Part shown: positions 17,196-25,646 of the stretch, piece after piece | How the letters are laid out: every line of letters starts with the position of its first letter | Position numbering within the stretch: position 1 is the first letter of the stretch | Assembly (NCBI GenBank): GCA_964486045.1 | Contig: CAZALK010000023.1 | Span: forward strand, 38,231 to 65,487 | Reading direction: 5' to 3' | DNA from: an uncultured archaeon | GTDB lineage: Archaea; Asgardarchaeota; Lokiarchaeia; Sigyniarchaeales; SOKP01 | Length of the DNA: 27,257 nt | Made by a program: the position numbers and the translations under genes | The notes under the pieces: model-generated | Database searches by the model: none | Seen by the model: the letters and a program-made list of their open reading frames with translations, nothing else | Told to the model about the DNA's origin: nothing

Positions 17196-19237
17196 AATGT
17201 GCTTCCTTTGTTAGAACCATCTGATTCTAACCAGATTTTACCACCATAAGACTCTACAATTTTTTTTGAAATATACAGACCAAGACCAGTCCCATCAATC
17301 CCTAAATCAATCCCTTGACCATAACGCTCGATTTTTCCAAAACGGACAAAAACCCTCTCTTTCTGATCCTCCGTAAACCCAATCCCATCATCGGTCACAG
17401 AAATCAACACAAAATCATCTTTTATGTCTGTTTTTACTACAATTTTTCCATTTGGGGGGGTATACTTAATTGCATTAGATAGTAAATTGGAAAGAACGTC
17501 GTGAATTTCTTCTTTTTCAATATTTGCGTACAATTGGTCATGTATATTTAACTTAATAGATTGTTTCCTTTTTTTTGCCATAGATTCCATTTCGTTCACA
17601 CAATATTTGATAAGAAATGGTAAATCCTCTTTTTGTAAATTTGATTTTAATTCAATCGACTCTAATCGAGAGGATTTCAACAAATCATTAATGATATATT
17701 GAAGTCGTTCGCAACCATGACTTATCTCATTTAAGTGTGAAATAATTTCTGGATCCAGTTGATCAGTATATAATCTTAAAATGAGGTCAGAGAAACCTTT
17801 AATTGAAATGAGGGGTGTTTTTAATTCATGAGAAGCTCTTCTTAAAAATTCGGATTTCAATTGATTTAATTTTTGTAATTCAATTTCTGCCATTCTTTCT
17901 TTAGTAATATCTACGATTGTAGCAAAAATTGTAGGTTTCTCCTGAAACTGAAACATCTTAGAATAAACTTCTATCCATTTGATTTCTCCTGAGCTAGTAA
18001 TTATTCTAAGAGGATCACTAGTTCTATCTCCAAATACTCCTTCCTCCCTTTTATTAAATCGTTTTACCGCAATATCTCGATCTTCTGGGTGAATAAGTTT
18101 AAAAATATCAGTAACATTAATGACTTTTAGTTCTTCAGACGTATATCCGAATACTCTGTATATGGCATTGTTTAAATAGATAATGCGGCTACCTTGAATT
18201 ATTACAAAACCAGCAGAGGATTGTTCGGCAATTGTTCTAAATTTCTCTTCGGATTCTTTCAATTCTTGTGCCATTTGTTTGCGGTTAGTAATATCTATTA
18301 ATGAAATTAAATCGGCATTTCTCCCTTCATATATGAAAGATTTTGAAAAAATTTCAAGCCAAATGATATCTCCTCTCTTTTTTACGCCACGAAATTCGTA
18401 TCGATTTATAACATCTTCAATTCCTTTCTGTTTCTTTTCAGCTTGATTCTTTACGAATTCTAAATCTTCAGGGTGTACCATCTTCAAATAACCTCCCAAT
18501 TCCCAATTCAAAATTTCTTCTACGGAATAACCAAAAATTTTGCCAAATTGCTGATTCACGTATTTATAATGATCATCTTGTAAAATCCCTATCCCCGTTA
18601 GCGATTGTTCCGCGAGTACTTTAAATTGTTTGTTAGATTCTGCTAATCTTTGCATAGCTACTTTTATTTCGAAAAATTTTTTTAATCGCTTTCCTAAATC
18701 GTCTAGTAAACTTTCTTCCTCTTTAAGAAAGGGTTTATCTTCAAGGTAATAAACTTCAATCATCATCACTTTTTCATTTACAATAACATTAGTTGACAAT
18801 TTCCATTCAGTTTCTTTGAAATTACTTGTTTTGAATTCTTTATTATCAAAATATATTCTCGCACATGTTATTTCTGGAAATTGCAATGCAGGGAGGATCA
18901 AATCTAAGGTCCCTTGTAATATTGCTTCTTGTGATATTTCTGGATTCTCAACAAGCTTAGACAACCCATATAAACAAGTAAGTTCCTTAACACGTTCTCC
19001 TAAATTATGTTCAGATTCTATTAATTTTTGTACTGATTTTATTTGTTGTTTACTGTAATACTGAAGAACCACGCTTAAAGTGAAGATAATGCCAAATACA
19101 ACAAATCGAATCAAAAATTCATGAAACTCATTTGAAAATCTATGGAGATTAAAGAATATTAATTCAAATATGATACCCAGCGTCACAATTATCAGACCCG
19201 CCATTATTATCTTATATTTGGCAAGAAAGCTTTTCAT
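17171..19237 (-). CDS. Membrane-anchored PAS-PAS sensor histidine kinase
   Basis: Two TMs, ERVKELTCLY segment, two PAS domains (VHPED/IHPED, DIT), ASHELKTPL H-box, NLLSNAIKYT, DDGIG, GTGLGL. True start is probably ATG 19237 (MKSFLAK); the track start 19267 lies inside the inserted element. Confidence 0.93.
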   Translation of the reverse strand: MKSFLAKYKIIMAGLIIVTLGIIFELIFFNLHRFSNEFHEFLIRFVVFGIIFTLSVVLQYYSKQQIKSVQKLIESEHNLGERVKELTCLYGLSKLVENPEISQEAILQGTLDLILPALQFPEITCARIYFDNKEFKTSNFKETEWKLSTNVIVNEKVMMIEVYYLEDKPFLKEEESLLDDLGKRLKKFFEIKVAMQRLAESNKQFKVLAEQSLTGIGILQDDHYKYVNQQFGKIFGYSVEEILNWELGGYLKMVHPEDLEFVKNQAEKKQKGIEDVINRYEFRGVKKRGDIIWLEIFSKSFIYEGRNADLISLIDITNRKQMAQELKESEEKFRTIAEQSSAGFVIIQGSRIIYLNNAIYRVFGYTSEELKVINVTDIFKLIHPEDRDIAVKRFNKREEGVFGDRTSDPLRIITSSGEIKWIEVYSKMFQFQEKPTIFATIVDITKERMAEIELQKLNQLKSEFLRRASHELKTPLISIKGFSDLILRLYTDQLDPEIISHLNEISHGCERLQYIINDLLKSSRLESIELKSNLQKEDLPFLIKYCVNEMESMAKKRKQSIKLNIHDQLYANIEKEEIHDVLSNLLSNAIKYTPPNGKIVVKTDIKDDFVLISVTDDGIGFTEDQKERVFVRFGKIERYGQGIDLGIDGTGLGLYISKKIVESYGGKIWLESDGSNKGSTFYFTIPIA

Positions 19238-19250
19238 ATTTTTATATAAA

Positions 19251-20750
19251 AAACTTTCTATATACAATAATTTATAGATTGATAGCTGAGTAAAAAATTT
19301 TTTCCCAGCTTTTAAAAATTAAATCTTAAAATTTAGGAAAGTATAAAAGATTTCAGTAAAACCGAGTCTTAAACAACTCATTTTAGCTATTAAAAATAAA
19401 AAGAGAATAAAAAAATTATAACTTTTTTAGGATTTTTTTCATTTGTTCTTCAAATTTATCAAGTCTTAAGCTTAAATTAGCATTTTCTTTTACGGCTATT
19501 TCATTTTGTTCTGTTAATTTTGCTATTTCAGTTTTTAATTTAATTATTACTTCATTTGTCTTATTTAAAATTATGCAATCAACACAGATTTCTTTTTCTA
19601 CTCTGAGCCATTTGGTATAATACCATTCAAAGTTTTTAAGACTTGTTATATAAGCAGAATCTCTATAATTCGGTTCTCTTCCTTCTAAGTGTTGATTAAA
19701 TCTGTCATCAGATTCTTCCATATTAGCAATTGTATTAGTAAAATACTTTCTAAATGCATGAGTTTTTAGATTTCCATTAAATCCAAGTTTTTTAGAAATA
19801 GCTTTAACTCTGGCTAAATAATCAATACCTCTAATTCTTTTATTCTTTCTACTTAAAAAAAGTTTAGTTAAATCTATTTCTTCCATTTTATCTTTTGGAT
19901 AAATAGATGCTAATAATTCAGATAATTCAGTTGTAAAAAATAGAAAGTTAATAATAACTTTTTCTTTATGAGAAATAAAGTCTCTAATGAAATAATGTTT
20001 TTTATATTGCTCAATTTTATACTTTCCATTTGTTAGTTCATCTAAAACATCACTTATCCTTAATCCTGTTTGAGTTTCAAATTTATTGATTAAGTTATAT
20101 TGTCGTGATTCTAATAAATTTTGAATTTGTTTAATCATATCTTTATCTAAGTATATTTCTTCTTTATTAGCACCACTTTTCCTTGCTTTCATTCCATAAC
20201 TAATATTAACTCCTCTATCACTGAAAAAACCTTTAATTCTGCTTTGAATCATATTTCTGATTGATACATCACTTGGTCTTTTTCTAAAACCTAATTTCTT
20301 GATTTCTTCTTCTTCAGCATTATATAAGAAAGTAAGATATTTCTTTAATCTTGCATTTCTTCCATCTATATCTTCAGTTAATAACTCACTTGGATTATCA
20401 GTTTTATTAAAATCACAGTATTGTTGTAAATAACCTATATAACTTGTAAAACTAAATTTAGCAGGGTCTTTTCCTTCTTCAGTGTATTGGTCAATCATAT
20501 TCCTAATCCAAGATTGAATATCCTTGTTATCATAGATTGAATATAATTCTTTCCATCCTTTAATGTGTTTACCTTTTGCATTAGTATAACCATTGATTTT
20601 ATTTGTTCCAAATATTTTTTCGAAGTTTATTTCTTGATCAGTTATAATTTCTAACATTTTTCTTGATCAACTCCTTTTTAATTTTAGTTTGATTCATTAA
20701 GAATAATGAAAAAATTTAGACTTATAAATTTATGTATATACACAAACTTT
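19251..20750 (-). mobile_element. Minimal tyrosine-recombinase-only integrative element (1493 bp core to core)
   Basis: 7-bp direct core AAACTTT at 19251-19257 and 20744-20750. Inner inverted arms at 19259-19276 and 20723-20740 match 16/18. The outer arms rejoin into a perfect palindrome. Confidence 0.7.
19416..20657 (-). CDS. Tyrosine recombinase/integrase with C-terminal coiled coil
   Basis: TGLRISD (R), HAFRK (HxxR), QHLEGR, DSAY (catalytic Y). SD AAGGAG upstream. Confidence 0.9.
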   Translation of the reverse strand: MLEIITDQEINFEKIFGTNKINGYTNAKGKHIKGWKELYSIYDNKDIQSWIRNMIDQYTEEGKDPAKFSFTSYIGYLQQYCDFNKTDNPSELLTEDIDGRNARLKKYLTFLYNAEEEEIKKLGFRKRPSDVSIRNMIQSRIKGFFSDRGVNISYGMKARKSGANKEEIYLDKDMIKQIQNLLESRQYNLINKFETQTGLRISDVLDELTNGKYKIEQYKKHYFIRDFISHKEKVIINFLFFTTELSELLASIYPKDKMEEIDLTKLFLSRKNKRIRGIDYLARVKAISKKLGFNGNLKTHAFRKYFTNTIANMEESDDRFNQHLEGREPNYRDSAYITSLKNFEWYYTKWLRVEKEICVDCIILNKTNEVIIKLKTEIAKLTEQNEIAVKENANLSLRLDKFEEQMKKILKKL

Positions 20751-20784
20751 TATATAAAAATTTATATTTAACTTTTTACTAATA

Positions 20785-21027
20785 GGAAATGTCTATCTAT
20801 TCATGATTGGTGTATCACGAGAATTTCAAGGAAAAGGTTTTGGGGGAAAATTATTAAGAGCAGTTATAGAAAAAGCTGATACAGAAAGAAAACCTATGTA
20901 TTTGGGGACTCAAAATGAAAAGAATGTTTCCCTCTATGAAAAGTATGGATTTTATGTTTATAAAAAAATAAATCTTCCAGAACCATTGAATTTACCAATG
21001 TGGTTAATAGTTCGAGATGATCGATAA
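20785..21027 (+). pseudogene. C-terminal remnant of a GNAT acetyltransferase
   Basis: YLFMIGVSREFQGKGFGGKLL (motif A) and NVSLYEKYGF. The N-terminal half is absent. Confidence 0.75.
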
Positions 21028-21135
21028 ATTTGAGTGCTTCGTCTCCATATTCTAAATTTGAAATAAGTGTGAATTACAACTATTAAAAGTTTATTATGTA
21101 TTGAATTTAATATAGGTTAAAGTGGAGGAAGAGGG

Positions 21136-21651
21136 GTGCGAAATTCATATAAAAATTTATTAATTATTTATCTCCCTACTTCAAAACTCCTAGCAACCAA
21201 TTTGAAGTGTTCTTTTACAAATTTTGTAATCTCAAAAAACCTTTCTTGGAATTTACTTAGTTATATAAAAGCCAAAACAACCTTTTTTGAAACATATTCA
21301 AGGGAAGATTTTTCATTTTCTAGGTATAAACATAGACGTTTAACAGTGCGAATTCTGTTATTATTTTGGTTTTTATTATTAGGTACGCTACTTTTTTTAC
21401 CTTCATTGGTCAAGGGAAATTTTATATTTTATTTGGGACTGGGAGGATGGTTAATTGTCGGTTTGATATCTCTTATATTTTACATAAGGTTCAAGAAATT
21501 AAAAAAGAGAATCGTAAAAAACATAAACTTTCCGTATTATAGAAGAGCGATAAACTTTGAAAAATTAAAGCATTTTTTTAAAATAGCAGGAGCCACAGTC
21601 TGGTTTCAAGGTCAATTTATGTTTGAACATAAACCACTGGATGAGATGTAG
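21136..21651 (+). CDS. Hypothetical two-TM membrane protein, possibly decayed
   Basis: GGAGG before a GTG start; two hydrophobic segments; ends just before the duplicated vWA tail. Confidence 0.45.
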   Translation: MRNSYKNLLIIYLPTSKLLATNLKCSFTNFVISKNLSWNLLSYIKAKTTFFETYSREDFSFSRYKHRRLTVRILLLFWFLLLGTLLFLPSLVKGNFIFYLGLGGWLIVGLISLIFYIRFKKLKKRIVKNINFPYYRRAINFEKLKHFFKIAGATVWFQGQFMFEHKPLDEM

Positions 21652-21700
21652 ATTCAGAGGTATTGTTAATGTTCTGGAAGGAACAAAATTACGATTTCAG

Positions 21701-21889
21701 TTTTCGGAAAATCCAAATGTAGTTATCTACATAGTTGGATTAGGAAATCCTGATGATGAATTAATGACACGTGCTGCTACTTTATGCGGTGGGGAGTATT
21801 TTAAGCCAGAAGATGCAGGAGAACTTTTAATTTGGTATTCAAAACGAGCTAGAGATCTCACAGTAAAATTGAAGGCTCATAAAGAATAA
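21701..21889 (+). pseudogene. Orphan 3' fragment of the vWA gene (right island boundary)
   Basis: FSENPNVVIYIVGLGNPDD...KLKAHKE; 32 differences over 183 nt versus 13341-13523 by manual count, nearly all synonymous. Confidence 0.92.
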
Positions 21890-21989
21890 AAAACGAGTTT
21901 CATTTTTTCTCTTTATAATAAATTTCTTGTTAATCATTCTTTCTAATTCAAGATCTATCTCCATCCTTCAATTGCATGCTTGCTAAACT

Positions 21990-22877
21990 CTAGATCCATT
22001 TTCTGATGCTTTTCTGAATTTTAAGCTCCCCAAGGTTTTTGAATATCTCACCCTCGTGAAGCTTCTCGTACTGAGGGAACCGTCCACATAAGGGGCTGTC
22101 CCTGAAACTTTTCCAAACAGGTGAGATACCAAAAGATCCATTCTGACGAATCCAAGCAACCTTATCTAAATCTATGACTTCTGTCATTACTTCCTCATGA
22201 GTACCCACTGCTTGGAGCATTCTTCCTTCCGGATCAGTAAAAAGAGACCTACCTCCTCCTGTCTTGCTGATAATATTGGTGTTCAATACATAACACTGAT
22301 GCATAATAGCTTGGGCCTGAGTCAATATTATTTCTGCATCACGATCTGGGGTATTGGTTGCTGATAGTTGTAGAATTACTTCTGCTCCCATCCAGGTAAG
22401 TGTACGGAAAAGTTCTGGGAACCATAGGTCATAACATATTACGAGCCCCACCTTGGTAATTCCGGGAATCTCAAAAGTTACAAAATCAGTACCATAAGCA
22501 GTGTCTTCGAATGGCATCCAGGGGTATATTTTCCTGTACTTTGCTATAATTTTTCCTTTCGGATTGAAAACGATGGCAGTATTGTAGATGTCGGATCCAT
22601 CAATTTCAAGGAAGGAACCTGGTACTAGCCAACAACCAACTTCCTTAGCAATATCAGAAAGGCTCTCTGTTAATTCACAGGGAATATTGATTGCTAAATC
22701 TTTCCAGTCTCCCTTACCAAAAGGCTGAAGTAACAACTCTCCCGTGAACATTAGATCAACCCAAGGGAACTGCGCCTTCGTGATCCTAACGGTTTTTTCA
22801 AAGTTCTCAAAAGTGACCGAAGGATTTTCTTGGTCTTTCTTTAGTTGTAGACCTGCAACTCCAAGTTTTCGCGACAT
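21990..22877 (-). CDS. Carbon-nitrogen hydrolase (nitrilase superfamily)
   Basis: E-K-C triad: MFTGEL, KYRKIYPW, ICYDLWFPE. Confidence 0.92.
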   Translation of the reverse strand: MSRKLGVAGLQLKKDQENPSVTFENFEKTVRITKAQFPWVDLMFTGELLLQPFGKGDWKDLAINIPCELTESLSDIAKEVGCWLVPGSFLEIDGSDIYNTAIVFNPKGKIIAKYRKIYPWMPFEDTAYGTDFVTFEIPGITKVGLVICYDLWFPELFRTLTWMGAEVILQLSATNTPDRDAEIILTQAQAIMHQCYVLNTNIISKTGGGRSLFTDPEGRMLQAVGTHEEVMTEVIDLDKVAWIRQNGSFGISPVWKSFRDSPLCGRFPQYEKLHEGEIFKNLGELKIQKSIRKWI

Positions 22878-23109
22878 CTGTTCAACTCTAAACCTTTTTT
22901 ATGATAAATGTTTTCGAATTATTATTTATTATATTAGGTTGATTTGTTATATATATAAAAATATTGAATTTCTTGAGTGATGAGATTTCATTAATATTAT
23001 TAATAATAATTTTTTTAATATTTATAAGAAAATCACACTCATGAAATAATTCTTGATATTACTTCATAAGATAGTGAACTAAGGAATCACATAATTCATT
23101 TTTGTTGAT

Positions 23110-23307
23110 TTGCTATATAAAAAAACTAGTTCATATAGTTATGAACAATACCAATCCGCAATCAAAAAGTTAAAAACATTTATTCTTAAGTACACAGGCA
23201 ACGTTTACACCCCACTAATTAAAAAGTATAGATCTCTAAAAGACGATGTTAATTCACCGTTAGAGCAGTTTTGTTTTACCGTCGTGGATGCAATCAATAC
23301 CAGTTAG
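23110..23307 (+). pseudogene. 5' half of a ~126-aa hypothetical gene split by the 2.16 kb insert
   Basis: Ends ...SPLEQFCFTVVDAINT and stops just after repeat copy 1; joins in frame with 25457-25646. Confidence 0.75.
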
Positions 23308-23415
23308 AGTTCTTGAAGAAGAAAGTAAATAAATCTTAAATTCTTTTTTTTTACTTTTTTTACCTTTATTCTATAAATATAAAATAACCTAATTTATCAG
23401 ATATGTATAGTAAAG

Positions 23416-23691
23416 ATGATTACCAAGAAAATGAAAGAATTAGAAGATTTAACTGAAACAGAAAAAGCTGTTTTTTTGGCTTGTTGTGATGCAAATAATT
23501 TTAGTTTAAGATCTCATGTTCCAATTGAAGCAATTGCAAAAAGAATACAAGATTATGTTTCAGGGAGATATTTCAATAAAGCTATAAGGGTATTACTTTC
23601 TAATGGTTTTATTAGAAAACATCCGACTAAAGGCAAAACAACTTACGAATTAACGCGAAATGGATGGAAAGAAGGATTTAAATTAAAATAA
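23416..23691 (+). CDS. Small winged-helix DNA-binding protein
   Basis: LTETEKAVFLA...IEAIAKRI...AIRVLLSNGFIRKH..TYELTRNG pattern. Confidence 0.7.
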   Translation: MITKKMKELEDLTETEKAVFLACCDANNFSLRSHVPIEAIAKRIQDYVSGRYFNKAIRVLLSNGFIRKHPTKGKTTYELTRNGWKEGFKLK

Positions 23692-23744
23692 TATTTTTTA
23701 ATAAATCATTTTAAATATCTTTTTTGACCATACAAAATATTTTG

Positions 23745-23774
23745 CTTCGCGAAGTTTCGCGAAACATTTATATA
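23745..23774 (+). promoter_or_regulatory. Twin palindromic operator (CTTCGCGAAG / GTTTCGCGAAAC) next to a TATA-like TTTATATA
   Basis: Two perfect GC-rich palindromes sharing base 23754 in very AT-rich intergenic DNA, upstream of a wHTH gene. Confidence 0.55.
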
Positions 23775-23821
23775 TTTTCTTAATTATATTAATATTGAGA
23801 AAAATCAAAAAGTGACTAAAA

Positions 23822-24106
23822 ATGTTAGAAAAAGCAAATAAAATCAGATTACTTAATTCTATGAAAAATAGGTATTTTTTGTATGAAATTATTAATAAGA
23901 AACCAGGATTAACGATTTATGACTTAACGAAAGAAGTAAATTGGACTTCTGGGAAAGTTAATCATTACATTCAGAAATTGATTAAAGATAGAGTAATCAA
24001 AAACTCTACTGAAATTGAAAATGGACGGGTTAAGAAACGATATTCTCCTGTGAGTTATAAAGAGTTCATTAATTGGGATGAAATGAACATAAGACCTGAA
24101 AAATAA
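23822..24106 (+). CDS. ArsR/MarR-like winged-helix transcription regulator
   Basis: LYEIINKKPGLTIYDLTKEVNWTSGKVNHYIQKLIKDRVI. Confidence 0.82.
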   Translation: MLEKANKIRLLNSMKNRYFLYEIINKKPGLTIYDLTKEVNWTSGKVNHYIQKLIKDRVIKNSTEIENGRVKKRYSPVSYKEFINWDEMNIRPEK

Positions 24107-24147
24107 TTCTTTTTATCTTTTTTTATTTTTGTAGAAAGCCTCGATTT

Positions 24148-24375
24148 ATAAGACGTTATATCTTAATAATTCTTGACACGATAAAAATTGAAGAAATTCT
24201 TGAGGGATTCTCTATTGAAGATGATGGTGTGCCCGATGAGAATGTTGTCTTTATTAGTGAAGAGGATGAGAGAATATTATACAACCAGCTCGAACATCTC
24301 TATAGTGAACTTATCATGATTCATAGACTTAAATTAAGTAAAATGCATTGCGAAAGTGGAAAATGCCATTATTAA
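24148..24375 (+). pseudogene. Acidic ORF remnant absent from the ORF track
   Basis: Open frame ...LDTIKIEEILEGFSIEDDGVPDENVVFISEEDERILYNQLEHLYSELIMIHRLKLSKMHCESGKCHY* with no canonical start at its 5' end. Confidence 0.45.
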
Positions 24376-24468
24376 TGAGATTTTTCTTATCTTAGCAATT
24401 ATTTTTTAGTATAAATTTAAATATAGACATTTTTATCAAATTCCTATTACGACAAAGAAATGATTTGA

Positions 24469-24996
24469 ATGAAAAATAAAAAAAATCTATTATATTTTGC
24501 TCTCTCCACTATTATTATCTTGAGTTTCTATAATTTCAGAGCATTGGCATTACCAAATCCAGATTATACTATTCAAATAGATGCTGGAAATTATTGGGTT
24601 CTATATAGTGATTTATCAAATGGTGATACTTGGAGTATTGAATTTGAAGTAACGGCAGGCGGGAATAAAGATATAACTGTATATGTTTTAGATGAAGAAA
24701 ATTATAATAATTTTGTAGCATTATTATCTTTTAGTTATTATAAGTATTATGAAAAATATCAGTCGGGCTCATTCGGTTTTACAGCTCCATCTTTTGATAC
24801 ATACTATATAGTATTTGATAATTCTTTCTCTATTATAACCGCAAAAACAGTTGAAATTAATTCTCAAATTAGTTATTATACTAGTGGTGGTGGTGGTGGT
24901 GGTGGTGGTAATATTCCAGGATATAATTTTATAATTATAATCGGCATTACAATTGGAATCAGCTTAATTTTAACCAAAAAGATAAAATACAAATAA
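24469..24996 (+). CDS. Exported surface protein: signal peptide, beta-sandwich (GOLD/emp24-like) domain, Gly8 linker, Loki-CTERM-like anchor
   Basis: N-terminal signal; SIEFEVTAGGNKDITVYVLD..YYIVFDNSFSIITAKTV; IPGYN followed by a TM and a basic tail. Confidence 0.8.
   Translation: MKNKKNLLYFALSTIIILSFYNFRALALPNPDYTIQIDAGNYWVLYSDLSNGDTWSIEFEVTAGGNKDITVYVLDEENYNNFVALLSFSYYKYYEKYQSGSFGFTAPSFDTYYIVFDNSFSIITAKTVEINSQISYYTSGGGGGGGGNIPGYNFIIIIGITIGISLILTKKIKYK
24886..24909 (+). repeat. (GGT)8 microsatellite encoding a poly-Gly linker
   Basis: Eight perfect units. Confidence 0.95.
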
Positions 24997-25125
24997 TTAT
25001 TTTTTACTTATTTTTTAGTTTTTGTTTTTTGTCGGTAATCCTTAAATCTTTTCTTATCTTTATTTTAATTATTATTCCACAGCTTTAGAATGAACAAATT
25101 AGAGAGATTTTTAGATGATTAGTAT

Positions 25126-25338
25126 ATGGAAGTAATAGAAACAATTTATCGGGGCTATGCTGATGATATTGAGGCGCATGTTTTTGAATGTGTCCATGAG
25201 AATCTAATAATTTGTTTTGAATATACTCCAAAATTTCTTGGCGAGATAGATACAACTCATTGGCTTTGGAAACTCAACGATACATATTTGGTTATAGATA
25301 ATATTGGCGAGTTTAATATTTGGATGGGGGGACGATGA
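25126..25338 (+). CDS. Small hypothetical protein
   Basis: 70-aa ATG ORF with plausible composition inside the insert. Confidence 0.5.
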   Translation: MEVIETIYRGYADDIEAHVFECVHENLIICFEYTPKFLGEIDTTHWLWKLNDTYLVIDNIGEFNIWMGGR

Positions 25339-25407
25339 GTGAATACTGAATTAAAAATAATGAAAGTCATAATCTTTTTCGAGCCTATTTTGATTTTGTC
25401 AATAGCT

Positions 25408-25646
25408 ATTCACCGTTAGAGCAGTTTTGTTTTATCGTTGTGGATGCAATCAATACAAAACTTGAAAAGGTTACAAAGAAGTTTGCTATGGATATTAACG
25501 AATTATATTTTGATGATGGTTTAGAACTTAGCATAACGGTTAAGAACAGTCTATTGAGTAAATTCCCAATTAGACACCTATATTTTGACGATTTGGACAC
25601 CAAGAACAAGAAAGTGATAATTCAGATCCTCAAAACCGAGTTCTGA
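25408..25646 (+). pseudogene. 3' half of the split hypothetical gene
   Basis: Starts in repeat copy 2 (SPLEQFCFIVVDAINTKLEK...). Confidence 0.75.

Larger units (their letters stand above)
13341..21889. mobile_element. Genomic island of ~8.36 kb bounded by duplicated 3' end of the vWA gene
   Basis: 13341-13532 and 21701-21889 encode the same 61 residues with 1 change. The interior holds an integrase, gene fragments and accessory genes. Confidence 0.7.
23252..25456. mobile_element. 2156-bp integrase-less insert bounded by 49-bp direct repeats
   Basis: attcaccgttagagcagttttgttttaYcgtYgtggatgcaatcaatac at 23252-23300 and 25408-25456 (47/49 identical). Confidence 0.85.

Noticed and set aside
19238-19267. 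ORF-track N-terminus MYIESFLYKN of the kinase
   Set aside because: It starts at a TTG inside the element's left arm; the ATG at 19237 is the more plausible start.
13341-21889. vWA tail duplication as a diversity-generating retroelement TR/VR pair
   Set aside because: Differences are almost all synonymous changes involving all four bases, not adenine-specific, and no reverse transcriptase is present.
21623-21889. 88-aa ORF as a real gene
   Set aside because: It is a chance fusion of upstream sequence to the orphan vWA tail and lacks the MIDAS-bearing part.
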